From Patescibacteria group bacterium (GTDB lineage: Bacteria; Patescibacteriota; Minisyncoccia; Moranbacterales; UBA1568), in the NCBI GenBank assembly GCA_030916545.1, contig JAUPWI010000003.1, positions 1 through 34,185 on the forward strand: a stretch of DNA of 34,185 nucleotides, given 5' to 3'. This document shows, piece after piece, positions 7,424 to 16,572 of the stretch. The notes below the pieces were generated by a model, which saw nothing but the letters and a program-made list of their open reading frames with translations, ran no database searches and was not told where the DNA came from. Each line of letters opens with the position of its first letter. Position 1 is the first letter of the stretch. Both the position numbers and the translations under genes were made by a program.

Positions 7424-8992
7424 ATGGGAAGAGATAATCGGTCACCGGAGATGTGTATGATAGGACTCAGTTGGAAACAGACGCTCGGTATCGGGTGTAT
7501 CATCCTGTGTTTCGGGGTGGGAATCCGGGCCTATGGGTTGGGAAACAACTCGTTCGTGGCGGATGAGTTTCTCGATATGAACTCGGCGTATGGGTATTTC
7601 AAGACCGGGGAATGGAAGGCTTGGGACTTCAATCATCAGGAATCGAGCATTGTGAACCTGAATGGGGCGCGCGATGAGCGGGCGAATATCTATAAATGGC
7701 AGGTGGCCCAGTTGTTCCGCTTCCTCCCTCCGACTGAGGCAGTCGCTCGATCGGTGAGTGTTTTTTGGGGTGGCATCACGTTGCTCACGGTTTTCTGGAG
7801 CGCTCGGGTGCTGACGAAACGACGTGAGATCGCTCTCGTGGCGATGCTTCTCGCCGCGCTCTCGGTTTCGGAAATAGTGTTTGATCGTCGGTTGCGGATG
7901 TATGCGATGTTCGCTCCGGCGTATCTCGCTTTGGCGACAGTCCTCTTCCTCTGTCTTGAGCAGACTGTTTCGACACGCTGGCGTCTGCTTCGGAAGCTCT
8001 GGGAGCGGACGGGGATTCATATCGGGTACGCTCTCCTGTCCGGAATCCTGCTCGTCATCGGACTCTTGATTCATCAATTGACCGCGACCGTCATCTTTTC
8101 ATTGGCGGCGTATCTTTTGTGGGCTGGTGTGACGCGGTATCGGGAGACAGGCAATCGATGGAACCGGTACGTGGTGCTGCTCGGTCTCTTGGGGGCGGCT
8201 CTGGTGTCGATGCGTATTCTGGCGGGAGGTTTCTGGACTTCTTTCGTGGCAGGCCTTATCTGGTTTGATGATCACTACAGCTATCTCGGATACGCGATGC
8301 GGGACTATGCCCATCCGTTGCTCGCTCTCGGACTCATGGGATTTGGTGCGTATAGCCTGGCTATACGGGAACGTCGTCCGAAGGCGGCCGGGTACCTCGT
8401 CTTTTCCTTTATCATACCGCTTGCGTGCGCGATCTGGTTTTTCCGGCGGAATGCAGGTCCTCAGTATATCTTCTTCGCGCAGTCATTCGGGTTGATTCTG
8501 ACGGCGGCCGGCACGTTCGGTCTGTGGCAGTCGCTTCGGGAGCACTATCCCCGATGGAGTCGGAAGACTTCATTGATCATCCTCTCCGGTCTCTTCCTGC
8601 TCGTGCCGAATTTCGGCTATTTCCTCGAAGCAAACAATACGTATCACGAGACGTCTTCGGGCGAGAACCCGAATTATCGGAAGGTGTTCGGCTATGTCGT
8701 TAAGAACCGGTTGCCGACGGACGTCCTGGTCACGCGCAATGTCCGGAATTATTATTGGAGCGGAGCGGATATTCCGGTGTATGATCTCGGTGACGAAGTG
8801 AATCGGGAAAAACTCTCGCTCGATGCTCTCGAAAGAATCGTGAGGGATCACGGAAGCGGTTGGATCGTTCTTTCGGAAAACGACTATGATTATTTTTCCC
8901 AAGAGGCGGAAGCATACATGAAGCGACGGATGGAACGGGTGAGCAATCCGTTCGTCCGCGGTCCGATCGATGTCTACCGTTTCGGACGGTAG
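7424..8992 (+). CDS. Polytopic membrane glycosyltransferase, GT39/ArnT/PMT-like
   Basis: More than 10 predicted TM helices. The first-loop motif FVADEFLD matches the DE motif of GT-C enzymes. The ORF stays open back to 7172, but that stretch overlaps rnhB; ATGs at 7424, 7451 and 7457 follow the rnhB stop. Confidence 0.6.
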   Translation: MGRDNRSPEMCMIGLSWKQTLGIGCIILCFGVGIRAYGLGNNSFVADEFLDMNSAYGYFKTGEWKAWDFNHQESSIVNLNGARDERANIYKWQVAQLFRFLPPTEAVARSVSVFWGGITLLTVFWSARVLTKRREIALVAMLLAALSVSEIVFDRRLRMYAMFAPAYLALATVLFLCLEQTVSTRWRLLRKLWERTGIHIGYALLSGILLVIGLLIHQLTATVIFSLAAYLLWAGVTRYRETGNRWNRYVVLLGLLGAALVSMRILAGGFWTSFVAGLIWFDDHYSYLGYAMRDYAHPLLALGLMGFGAYSLAIRERRPKAAGYLVFSFIIPLACAIWFFRRNAGPQYIFFAQSFGLILTAAGTFGLWQSLREHYPRWSRKTSLIILSGLFLLVPNFGYFLEANNTYHETSSGENPNYRKVFGYVVKNRLPTDVLVTRNVRNYYWSGADIPVYDLGDEVNREKLSLDALERIVRDHGSGWIVLSENDYDYFSQEAEAYMKRRMERVSNPFVRGPIDVYRFGR

Positions 8993-9012
8993 GAAGAGAA
9001 AGGATTCAAATG

Positions 9013-9049
9013 AAAAATCGGATCAGATGATATCGTTGATCCGATTTTT
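9013..9049. terminator. Bidirectional intrinsic terminator between convergent genes
   Basis: AAAA-ATCGGATCA-(11 nt loop)-TGATCCGAT-TTTT. 9-bp stem flanked by an A-run and a T-run. Confidence 0.7.
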
Positions 9050-9099
9050 GTCCGGTGTATAGGTGAATACGGGAGGATTGGGATGGATTTCGCGTGAGT

Positions 9100-10569
9100 T
9101 TATCTTTTCCTGAGCAGCCGGGTGAGTGGGGCGATATCAGTATCTGTCAGTTCGCCCGAGAGACGAAGGAGGGTAAAGTAGAGGCAGGTGAGCAGGGTTC
9201 CTGAAACCAGAAAACCGTATGAGTCATCCGGGAGTACGCGCGAACAGAATACGAGAACGATAACGCTTCCGAAAGAGACAAGGAGGGTTCTTGGGGCGAG
9301 TCGGACACGGAAATGCCGCTCCACGGCGATGAGGATGGCGACGGTGACCGCGATGGAGATGATCGTGGTGGAGAGTGCGGCCCCGACGAGCGACCATTCC
9401 GGGATGAGGAGGAAGTTGAGTCCGATCATGCCGAGGAATCCGAAGAAGGCCAGCTTCAGAGGAATCTTGACGAGTCCGGCCCCGTTGAGCGCGAAGGAAA
9501 GAACGTAAAAAACGGTGAGGAAGCCGACTCCGAGCGCATAAACCTGGAGCGGTCGTTCGGCGGCGGCATATTGGCTACCGTAGAAGAGATGGAGCACCTG
9601 AGGAGCGTATATCATGAGGAGCGCGATCATCGGGGGTAGGAGGAAGACCATGAGACGGAGCGCTTTGTTGACGATATTTTCGGTTTCCTTCGTATCGCGT
9701 TCGGCGGTCGTTTTGGAAATGGCGGGGAGCAGGATGATGGTGAGGGCGTAGAAGAGGTAATAAGGGATGCGGCCGGCCGTGATAGCGGCATTGTAGATGC
9801 CGGTGAGGTAGTCGCTCCCGAGGAGGCTTTTGACGAAGTAGAGATCGAGAGTGAGGATGAACTCGTAGAAAAGCAGGAAGAGGGTGAGCGGTCCGGCATA
9901 GGTGAGAATGGTTTTTCCGGAAAAGGCGACCACTTCGGTTTTGGATTGCTTGACGTGCGGAAAGTAGCGGTGAGTGATGAAGATATCGGCCAGGAGACCG
10001 AGGGTGAAGATGAAGAGTGGCGCGGCGATATAGCCCGATACGGCGCCTTGGACGCCGAAGAAGTAGGCGAAACCGATGATGAAGACGACACGTCCGAGCG
10101 CGCGCATCATCTTGAGTCCTGCTTGGAGGCGGAAGAAATGCAGTCCGGTGTAGTAGTAGAAATAGAAGGACGCGGCGGCGAAGGCGGGAATGATGAGAGA
10201 GGAGAGGCGGAAGAGGGGGGTGAGGCTCGGGTCACGGAGGAGATGAGCGATGAGCGGCGCAGCAAGGAAGAAGAGCACCGTGACAGCCGACATGAGGAGG
10301 ATTTGCAGTCGCATGGCTTGGCGTTTGATGCCGAGTATCCTTTCAGGGGCGCTTTCGAAGATTTCTGCCAGGTATTTGGACATGGCGGTCGGAATTCCGT
10401 TGCCGATCAGGATGATGACCATGGTCGTCAGAGTCACAACGAGGCTGTAACGGCCGTAATCGGCCGGCCCGAGGATGCGGCCGACCGCCGACTGGATGAC
10501 GTATCCGGCCACCATGAAGATGACTTCGGAAACGGTGAGCCAGGCGAGCGCTTGCGAGAATTTTTTCAT
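9100..10569 (-). CDS. Oligosaccharide/polysaccharide flippase (MOP/Wzx family)
   Basis: 489 aa, highly hydrophobic multi-TM protein. The N-terminus (…AGYVIQSAVGRILGPADYGRYSLVVTL…) is typical of Polysacc_synt proteins. Confidence 0.75.
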   Translation of the reverse strand: MKKFSQALAWLTVSEVIFMVAGYVIQSAVGRILGPADYGRYSLVVTLTTMVIILIGNGIPTAMSKYLAEIFESAPERILGIKRQAMRLQILLMSAVTVLFFLAAPLIAHLLRDPSLTPLFRLSSLIIPAFAAASFYFYYYTGLHFFRLQAGLKMMRALGRVVFIIGFAYFFGVQGAVSGYIAAPLFIFTLGLLADIFITHRYFPHVKQSKTEVVAFSGKTILTYAGPLTLFLLFYEFILTLDLYFVKSLLGSDYLTGIYNAAITAGRIPYYLFYALTIILLPAISKTTAERDTKETENIVNKALRLMVFLLPPMIALLMIYAPQVLHLFYGSQYAAAERPLQVYALGVGFLTVFYVLSFALNGAGLVKIPLKLAFFGFLGMIGLNFLLIPEWSLVGAALSTTIISIAVTVAILIAVERHFRVRLAPRTLLVSFGSVIVLVFCSRVLPDDSYGFLVSGTLLTCLYFTLLRLSGELTDTDIAPLTRLLRKR

Positions 10570-10578
10570 GAGGATGAT

Positions 10579-10914
10579 TTAATGGAGATGTTTCGTTATT
10601 TCCGTCACGATCCCGGAGAGATTCTCGTCAATATCGTTGTTCCAGAACCGCAGGACTGTGTAGTCGAAACCGGAGAAGTATTCTGATCGGGCCTTGTCGC
10701 GTCCACCGTTGTCTCTTCGCTTCCAGCCGTCGATATCGATGATGAGTTTCTTTTCGACGCAGCAGAAATCGACCATATAAGGGCCATGGGTATGCTGACG
10801 AACAAAACGGCACCCGAGAGCCTGATTTTTGAGCCGAGACCAGAGCCTGTTCTCTTGAGGCGTGGAACGCTTGGCTCGCGCGCGTCGGGTATTTTTTTGC
10901 GTGGAGGTAATCAT
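10579..10914 (-). CDS. DUF559 (Vsr-like endonuclease fold) domain protein
   Basis: 111 aa. Contains the pattern …ENRLWSRLKN…GCRFVRQHTHGPYMVDFCCVEKKLIIDIDG… characteristic of DUF559. The stop lies 10 nt upstream of the flippase start. Confidence 0.7.
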   Translation of the reverse strand: MITSTQKNTRRARAKRSTPQENRLWSRLKNQALGCRFVRQHTHGPYMVDFCCVEKKLIIDIDGWKRRDNGGRDKARSEYFSGFDYTVLRFWNNDIDENLSGIVTEITKHLH

Positions 10915-10964
10915 ACTGAATATGGACAGGGATTCGGTTTTTCCCGCGGCGATTTTTTTCGGTT

Positions 10965-11597
10965 TTATTTCTCCCGGAGTATGGTGAGTAGGGAATCGAA
11001 GACGAGCTCTTTCGGACGATCAGCGGCGAGCACGTGCATATTCCAGGAGCTTACTTTCGCTCGGAAGAGGGATTGTTTCGCGTGTAGGTATTCGATGCCT
11101 TGTTCGGGTGTGCGTTCCCGGGACAGGATGATTTGCGGGTCGAGATCGAAATAGAAGGCGATATCCGGTTTCGGCAGAGAGGATTCAAGAAGATCGGCGC
11201 GGGTGCGCCACCCGAGGAAGCGTAACGCATTCTGGTGCGGGAGGGCGAGGTATTCCAGATGGATGAGACTGTCGAAGAAGGAACGGTCGGAGAGGAGATA
11301 GTCGTACTCTTCACGTTCCAGTCGGGCAAGGAATCGTCGGAAGCGGAAGAGATCAAGGAAGAGAAGTTTTTGGCGGAGAAGAAGCGTGAGAAGAGATGTT
11401 TCGGTGACAGCTTTCTCCTGACCGGGCTGGAAGTTTTTGGTGCCTTTGAACCGGCGGGCGATCCGATTGGCGAAAGAGAATTCGACTGCGTGAAAATAGG
11501 CGACCTTATGACCTTCGCTGATGAGGTGTTCTTTCAGAAGTTCGAGCTGGGTGGACTTGCCGCTCCCATCCACGCCGGAAAAGGTGATGTATCGCAT
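10965..11597 (-). CDS. Thymidylate-kinase-like P-loop kinase (divergent)
   Basis: 210 aa. Has P-loop FSGVDGSGKST and a DRS/F motif (LLSDRSFFDS), but lacks the canonical TREPGGT segment of true Tmk. Confidence 0.55.
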   Translation of the reverse strand: MRYITFSGVDGSGKSTQLELLKEHLISEGHKVAYFHAVEFSFANRIARRFKGTKNFQPGQEKAVTETSLLTLLLRQKLLFLDLFRFRRFLARLEREEYDYLLSDRSFFDSLIHLEYLALPHQNALRFLGWRTRADLLESSLPKPDIAFYFDLDPQIILSRERTPEQGIEYLHAKQSLFRAKVSSWNMHVLAADRPKELVFDSLLTILREK

Positions 11598-11692
11598 AGA
11601 CTGAGAGTATCAAAAAGTGCTATTCTCGGCAATGAGAGGCGATTTTTCGGTCATGAGACAGGATATCGAGAGGCGAAGATGAACTTTTGCAT

Positions 11693-13117
11693 ATGAAAAG
11701 CTTCAATATTTATTTGTTTTTGGTGTATCTTTTTCTGCTACCGTTACAAACGGTGTATTTGTTGCGTGAGCCGATGATTAGTGGGGAGAAGTGGCAGTAT
11801 GGGACTATTGGCATTTATGCTACGGATATTTTGCTGATTCTGATACTTGGATGGTATGGCGTGAGTCGATGGAAGAAGCAGGGTAATATTGAGGGACGAA
11901 GACGTTGGTTGGCGCGTTTGGCTGGAGCGCGAAAACAGCTTTTTCTGATGCCCTTTGCTTCCGAGCAAACAGCAAGGAAAAAGTTCGTTTTTGTGCTCCA
12001 GCATGCGCTGAATCCGTGGTCTCTGAAACGAAGTATCTTCTGTATCAGTTTCATTCTTTGGGCCGGCCTCTCGATATTTTGGGCGCCTGATCGGGTGTTG
12101 GCCGGATACTTTTTCGTAAAGCTGCTTTTGGCGGTCGGAGTCTTCTTTCTGATTCGTTCATTCGGCAGGCGGGAAATAGGCCTGATCATAACAGTGCTCT
12201 TCATGGGAGCGGTACTCGTGAGTGTGTTCGGCATCGGGCAATTCTTGCTGCAAGGCGCATTCGCTTCGTCGTGGCTCGGGATGAGTGGACAGGAAGCGTG
12301 GCAAGCCGGGACATCGGTACTCAAGAACGAAGCTGGTCGTTGGCTGCGGGCGTATGGTACGTTTCCGCACCCGAATATGCTCGGGGGGTATCTTAGCGTC
12401 GTCTTGGTCTTGGGAATAGGGTATCTTACGCAATCGGCACTTTCGATTAAGAAACGATTGCTTTTCGAGGGAGGGGGCATTGTCATCCTCCTTGGTCTCG
12501 TCCTCACTTTTTCTCGTACGGCGTGGCTGGGGATTGTACTCGGGATTACCCTGGTGGGATTTCATGCCTGGAGAGAGCGCGAACCCCGGATCCAGAGGCG
12601 GTTTTTGCAAGTCGTTTTCGCGCTCGGATTAGCCGGACTCGTTTTTGGATCCATTTTGCACGAGCAGATTTTTCCGAGATTCGATACTGCGACAATCGGG
12701 CAGGAAGGTTCGGTAGCGGAGCGGGTCGTATCGTTTCAGGACACCTGGACGCTTATCGGGAAGCACCCCTTCATCGGTGTCGGTGTCGGGAATTCCACGG
12801 TACAACTCATGAAAGAAAATCCCGGTCGTCCGATTTGGGGAATCCAGCCGGCACACAATGTCCCTCTCGTCATTTGGTCAGAGCTCGGCCTGATCGGACT
12901 CTTCCTGTGTATCGGATGCACAGCGTCTTTTTTATTTTCGCTTTCGAAATTTGCGATCTTTGACCTTCAGTCTGCGATTTTCATCGCGCTTCTCCCAAGC
13001 CTCTTCTTCGATCACTGGCTCTGGACCTCGCATTCCGGTCTCGTATTTCTTTTCTTGTCGTTCGGACTGATACGAAGCAGGCATGGTGGCGAGGGTATGA
13101 GACCGGATGGTGATTGA
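11693..13117 (+). CDS. O-antigen ligase-like (Wzy_C) membrane protein
   Basis: Polytopic. Has FSRTAWLG and PAHNVPL motifs typical of the O-antigen ligase family. ATG at 11693 (TTG at 11687 is in frame). Carries hairpin repeat I in frame. Confidence 0.75.
   Translation: MKSFNIYLFLVYLFLLPLQTVYLLREPMISGEKWQYGTIGIYATDILLILILGWYGVSRWKKQGNIEGRRRWLARLAGARKQLFLMPFASEQTARKKFVFVLQHALNPWSLKRSIFCISFILWAGLSIFWAPDRVLAGYFFVKLLLAVGVFFLIRSFGRREIGLIITVLFMGAVLVSVFGIGQFLLQGAFASSWLGMSGQEAWQAGTSVLKNEAGRWLRAYGTFPHPNMLGGYLSVVLVLGIGYLTQSALSIKKRLLFEGGGIVILLGLVLTFSRTAWLGIVLGITLVGFHAWREREPRIQRRFLQVVFALGLAGLVFGSILHEQIFPRFDTATIGQEGSVAERVVSFQDTWTLIGKHPFIGVGVGNSTVQLMKENPGRPIWGIQPAHNVPLVIWSELGLIGLFLCIGCTASFLFSLSKFAIFDLQSAIFIALLPSLFFDHWLWTSHSGLVFLFLSFGLIRSRHGGEGMRPDGD
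11921..12002 (-). repeat. Hairpin repeat I (apex variant 3, reverse) inside a coding sequence
   Basis: Apex 11948-11977 is GATGCCCTTTGCTTCCGAGCAAACAGCAAG. Outer arms GCTGGAGC…/…GCTCCAGC pair imperfectly. Translated as …ARKQLFLMPFASEQTARKKFVFV…. Confidence 0.75.
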
Positions 13118-13184
13118 CACCGTATTCCGGAGCGGAGTATGGTAAGGGCAAGTTCTTTTGTTTTTACGAAAGGGAGGCATTCCC

Positions 13185-13550
13185 ATGTTGGAATACTATT
13201 TTATCCTGTTTGAAGTGCGAGGTATCGGTCTGATGACCTGTCTTTCTCTCCCGAATCGGTATCAACATGAGGAGATTCTGCGTATCCTGAAATCGCAGTT
13301 TTCTTACGATGGATACCATTGTCTCGCTTCAGGAATCATCAGTTCCGGATCCAATGGGAATCGGCAGCGAGTCTTGGTGCATGAGTTCCGTTCTTTGCGA
13401 GACATCGATCCATTGCCTAAGGTAATGAGGCTCGTTCTTGATTTTTTTGCCAAAACGACCTTTCGGGCGATGGAGATGGTGCGGGAGAGATTGTCTGATG
13501 AGGAACATGAGGATCGCCGGCACCTGCATGAAGTCGTGTTCATGATCTAG
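13185..13550 (+). CDS. Hypothetical protein (121 aa, no recognisable family)
   Basis: ATG preceded by AGGGAGG at a 7-nt spacing. Ends at a shared bidirectional terminator. No TM segments or motifs recognised. Confidence 0.5.
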   Translation: MLEYYFILFEVRGIGLMTCLSLPNRYQHEEILRILKSQFSYDGYHCLASGIISSGSNGNRQRVLVHEFRSLRDIDPLPKVMRLVLDFFAKTTFRAMEMVRERLSDEEHEDRRHLHEVVFMI

Positions 13551-13577
13551 TAGGCCGGAATATGATGCATCGTGTCG

Positions 13578-13623
13578 AAAAAAAGTCGTCCCGCGCCGAG
13601 CAAGCGGGACGACTCATTTTTTT
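13578..13623. terminator. Bidirectional intrinsic terminator
   Basis: A7-GTCGTCCCGC-(9 nt)-GCGGGACGAC-TCA-T7. Sits between the convergent orphan ORF and rtcB. Confidence 0.8.
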
Positions 13624-13648
13624 ACCCGCGAAGGAACGAGAAGCACGA

Positions 13649-15154
13649 TCAGTACATAATCACCGAAATCGGCTGCATGCGAGCGACGGGTTTGACGATG
13701 CCGTTTTCTTTGACACTCGCGATGACGTCATCGGCGCGCTTGTAGTGAGAGGAATCCTGCTCGATGACTTTCGATGAACGGCCGTTGTAGAGACGGACGC
13801 CCTTCGTCTCCAACTTCCGATCGAGTTCGGTCTTGTTTTCCGGGGTCACGTCTTCCGTCTTGGTGGCTGATTTTCCGGCGCCGTGATTGCAGGAAAAGAA
13901 GCTGGAATCATTTCCGTCCTGTCCGACGCAGAGATATGCCTCGGTCGACATGGATGTCGGGATGAAGGCGGGCTCACCGGTTTCATGGAATATCGGATGG
14001 TCCTGCATGCGTGCCGGACCATAGGCACGGCTGGTGCCATTGCGATGTACCCAGACCTTCTTTCCGGCGTGTTCCTCCTGGGATACGAGGATATGTGGCA
14101 TATCATAGAGCAATTCGCATTCGGGATCGCGTCCAAGTACCCGTTTGATGGTTTTGGAGACATTGTGGGTGATGACGGCCCGGTTCGCGTGTGCGAAATT
14201 GGAACAGGCCTGACGGGCGGCCATGTAGAGTCTGCCATCCTCACCGTTGCCGTCGAAGGTGATGAGTGGTTCTTTTCGGCCGAAATCGGATGAGCGGATC
14301 TTAGCCGCGATCGATCGGACGGTTTTCTTGAAAGGAGTGCTCCAGAAGAAGCGACCGATATTCATGAGAATGGCTGTCGAAAGGTGTTCCCGCTTTTTGG
14401 CGGTATACATATACATGGTGTACTGGCCGAGTATGCCGGATCCGCAGTGCACCATGAAGAGATAGTCACCGTTTTTGACGCCCAATTTGGTCGCAGTCGT
14501 TTCGTCCTCGATACCGGTTACCTTCATGAGGTCGAGGAAGTGGTTGCCGGCCGCGCCGAGGATACCGGAACGGAATTGAGCGAAGAAGAGGAAAAGCGGT
14601 GGGAGAATATTAAGAATATCCTGGCGAGACGGCGCTTCCGGGAAAAAGTTTCCGCGGTCGAGTGAATTTTCGGCTTCATACTTTGTTCGGATGCCGAGAT
14701 GGTTGATGAGCGGGGCGATGCCGCGCCGGCAGATATCGACGACGACGCGGAAGGGGAGATACGTGCCGATATAGGCCTTGGTCGGAACGACTGGAACCAA
14801 AGCTTCGAAGAGCCGATGGAGTTCCTCGGGTGTCGTGTTGCTTTCGTTCAGGTTGGTACGGACAAGGCGCATGCCGCAGGCCGGATCGCTGTCGTTGAGC
14901 TGGGGAAGTATGCAGGATTCGGAGGCGACGGTGGTGCCGGTCGCGTTCTTGCGTCCGGGCTTGCTGTGGACATCGGCCATGGCGGCGATGTGGTCGAAAA
15001 TCCCGTTATTGGAGGCGACGCTTTCGAGCTGTGCGAGAGTTGCTTCGTTCGGCAGGAGAGTATCTTGTACGTGGAACACGACGGGCACTTTCATTCTTTC
15101 CGTCCGCATTTCGCTGCGGTATTCGGAGATCTTTTTGAGGGATTTCTTCAGCAT
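13649..15154 (-). CDS. rtcB: RtcB-family RNA 3'-phosphate ligase (divergent)
   Basis: 501 aa with RtcB motif equivalents: AMADVHS, DPACGM, AAGNHF, HCGSGILG, HRNGTSRA, and NHGAGK (the position of the nucleotidylated His). Confidence 0.8.
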   Translation of the reverse strand: MLKKSLKKISEYRSEMRTERMKVPVVFHVQDTLLPNEATLAQLESVASNNGIFDHIAAMADVHSKPGRKNATGTTVASESCILPQLNDSDPACGMRLVRTNLNESNTTPEELHRLFEALVPVVPTKAYIGTYLPFRVVVDICRRGIAPLINHLGIRTKYEAENSLDRGNFFPEAPSRQDILNILPPLFLFFAQFRSGILGAAGNHFLDLMKVTGIEDETTATKLGVKNGDYLFMVHCGSGILGQYTMYMYTAKKREHLSTAILMNIGRFFWSTPFKKTVRSIAAKIRSSDFGRKEPLITFDGNGEDGRLYMAARQACSNFAHANRAVITHNVSKTIKRVLGRDPECELLYDMPHILVSQEEHAGKKVWVHRNGTSRAYGPARMQDHPIFHETGEPAFIPTSMSTEAYLCVGQDGNDSSFFSCNHGAGKSATKTEDVTPENKTELDRKLETKGVRLYNGRSSKVIEQDSSHYKRADDVIASVKENGIVKPVARMQPISVIMY

Positions 15155-15228
15155 ATGTTTTGGATGGCGGAGTGGATAGAGAAGGGTTCTTGAAAATCAA
15201 GATAATACGGGTAATGAGAAGAGGGGAA

Positions 15229-16347
15229 TCAAAGCGAGGCGTAGAGTTGCTCGTATTCACCCACTGTCTTTCGTAGGTCGAAATGCGCTTCGACGAAGGC
15301 CCGGGCTTCCCGACCAAGTCTCGCTCTCTCGTTCGGATTGGCTTGTAGGGTAGTGATGGCTCGAGAGAGGGCGCCCGTATCGCCGCGAGGAATCGTAACA
15401 CAGATATCGTCGTTTGCGAACTCCCGGAAGATAGGGAGATCGGAGAGAATCACCGGCTTTCCGCAAGCATAGGCTTCGATGATGACGAGCGGGACATCGA
15501 ATTTTCCCCGCATGTCATTAACGGGAAAGACGACAATATCCGCGAGATTATAGAGTTTCGGCATGTCGGCGTAGGTATCGGTGAAGCGGATGTGATGGAG
15601 GACGCCGGCCTTCTCGAAGCGTCCGGTGATCTCGATTTTCTTGAGACGGTCATCCTCATGTTTCTTGACACGGCAGGCGAAGACGAATTTCATGTTCGAA
15701 TCCGGATGAGCCGTGAAGTACTCGATGAGCCAGTCCGTGAGCATATCGGTCGCTCCGAGACGCGCGTATTCACCATTGTAGGTGACGATGAAGTCTTCCG
15801 GAGTCAGGTGGAAATGCGCGAGAGTCTTAGGGCTCTTTTCGGACGGTTGGTAATACGTAAGATCGACTCCCGGATAGATACGGCTGACTTGGTTCAGGCC
15901 GATATCGCGGAGAAGCTTCTTCGAGTAATCGGAATAGACGACGATATGGTCGGCGAAAAGTAGCTGCTTCCACTGCTTCGGTCCGTAGAGGTCTTCGCGC
16001 AGGGTGGCGATGGTCTGGATGGTCCGGCCATGCGTCGGTCGGCTGAAGAAATTGATGAGCGAAGTGTTTTTGCGGGTCGGGGTGAAGAGGTAGTGAGTGA
16101 TGTCGAATTTCCCACGGAGACTCCGGAGCGCAGTGAGGAGACGGAGTTTTTCTGAGAAATCGAGCTCGTTTTTGGTATAGCAGGGAATCTGGGTGATATT
16201 GGCCGGGAGATCCGGAAGCCAGGTCGGCGTGGTGAGGATGCTGACGTGGTGTCCGCTGACCGATTTGGCAAGGAAGTAGGCGAAGTTCTTGGAAGCCTCG
16301 TCCCAAGGCGGAACCAGGGGGCGGGTTGCGAGCAGGATCTTTTTCAT
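15229..16347 (-). CDS. Glycosyltransferase family 1 (GT4-like, GT-B fold)
   Basis: 372 aa. The C-terminal half (…FPVNDMRGKFDVPLVIIEAYACGKPVILSDLPIFREF…) matches the Glycos_transf_1 nucleotide-sugar binding region. Confidence 0.8.
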   Translation of the reverse strand: MKKILLATRPLVPPWDEASKNFAYFLAKSVSGHHVSILTTPTWLPDLPANITQIPCYTKNELDFSEKLRLLTALRSLRGKFDITHYLFTPTRKNTSLINFFSRPTHGRTIQTIATLREDLYGPKQWKQLLFADHIVVYSDYSKKLLRDIGLNQVSRIYPGVDLTYYQPSEKSPKTLAHFHLTPEDFIVTYNGEYARLGATDMLTDWLIEYFTAHPDSNMKFVFACRVKKHEDDRLKKIEITGRFEKAGVLHHIRFTDTYADMPKLYNLADIVVFPVNDMRGKFDVPLVIIEAYACGKPVILSDLPIFREFANDDICVTIPRGDTGALSRAITTLQANPNERARLGREARAFVEAHFDLRKTVGEYEQLYASL

Positions 16348-16572
16348 AGATTTTGAGAAGGATACGTCTTCTTATAGGGTGGCGGGTGCGAGGATATACT
16401 TATCATACAAGAAGCCGGGATTTCGGTCATCTGGGTACCGTATGATGGAAGGGAGGGCACTCTCTTTACACACAGAGAGAATCCTGCCAGAATGAGTCGG
16501 TTTCTCTCCGTTCATGCCTCGTGGTACGATCGTGCGAGTGGAAATACCCCATCTTTCTTAATGTAAATCCCT

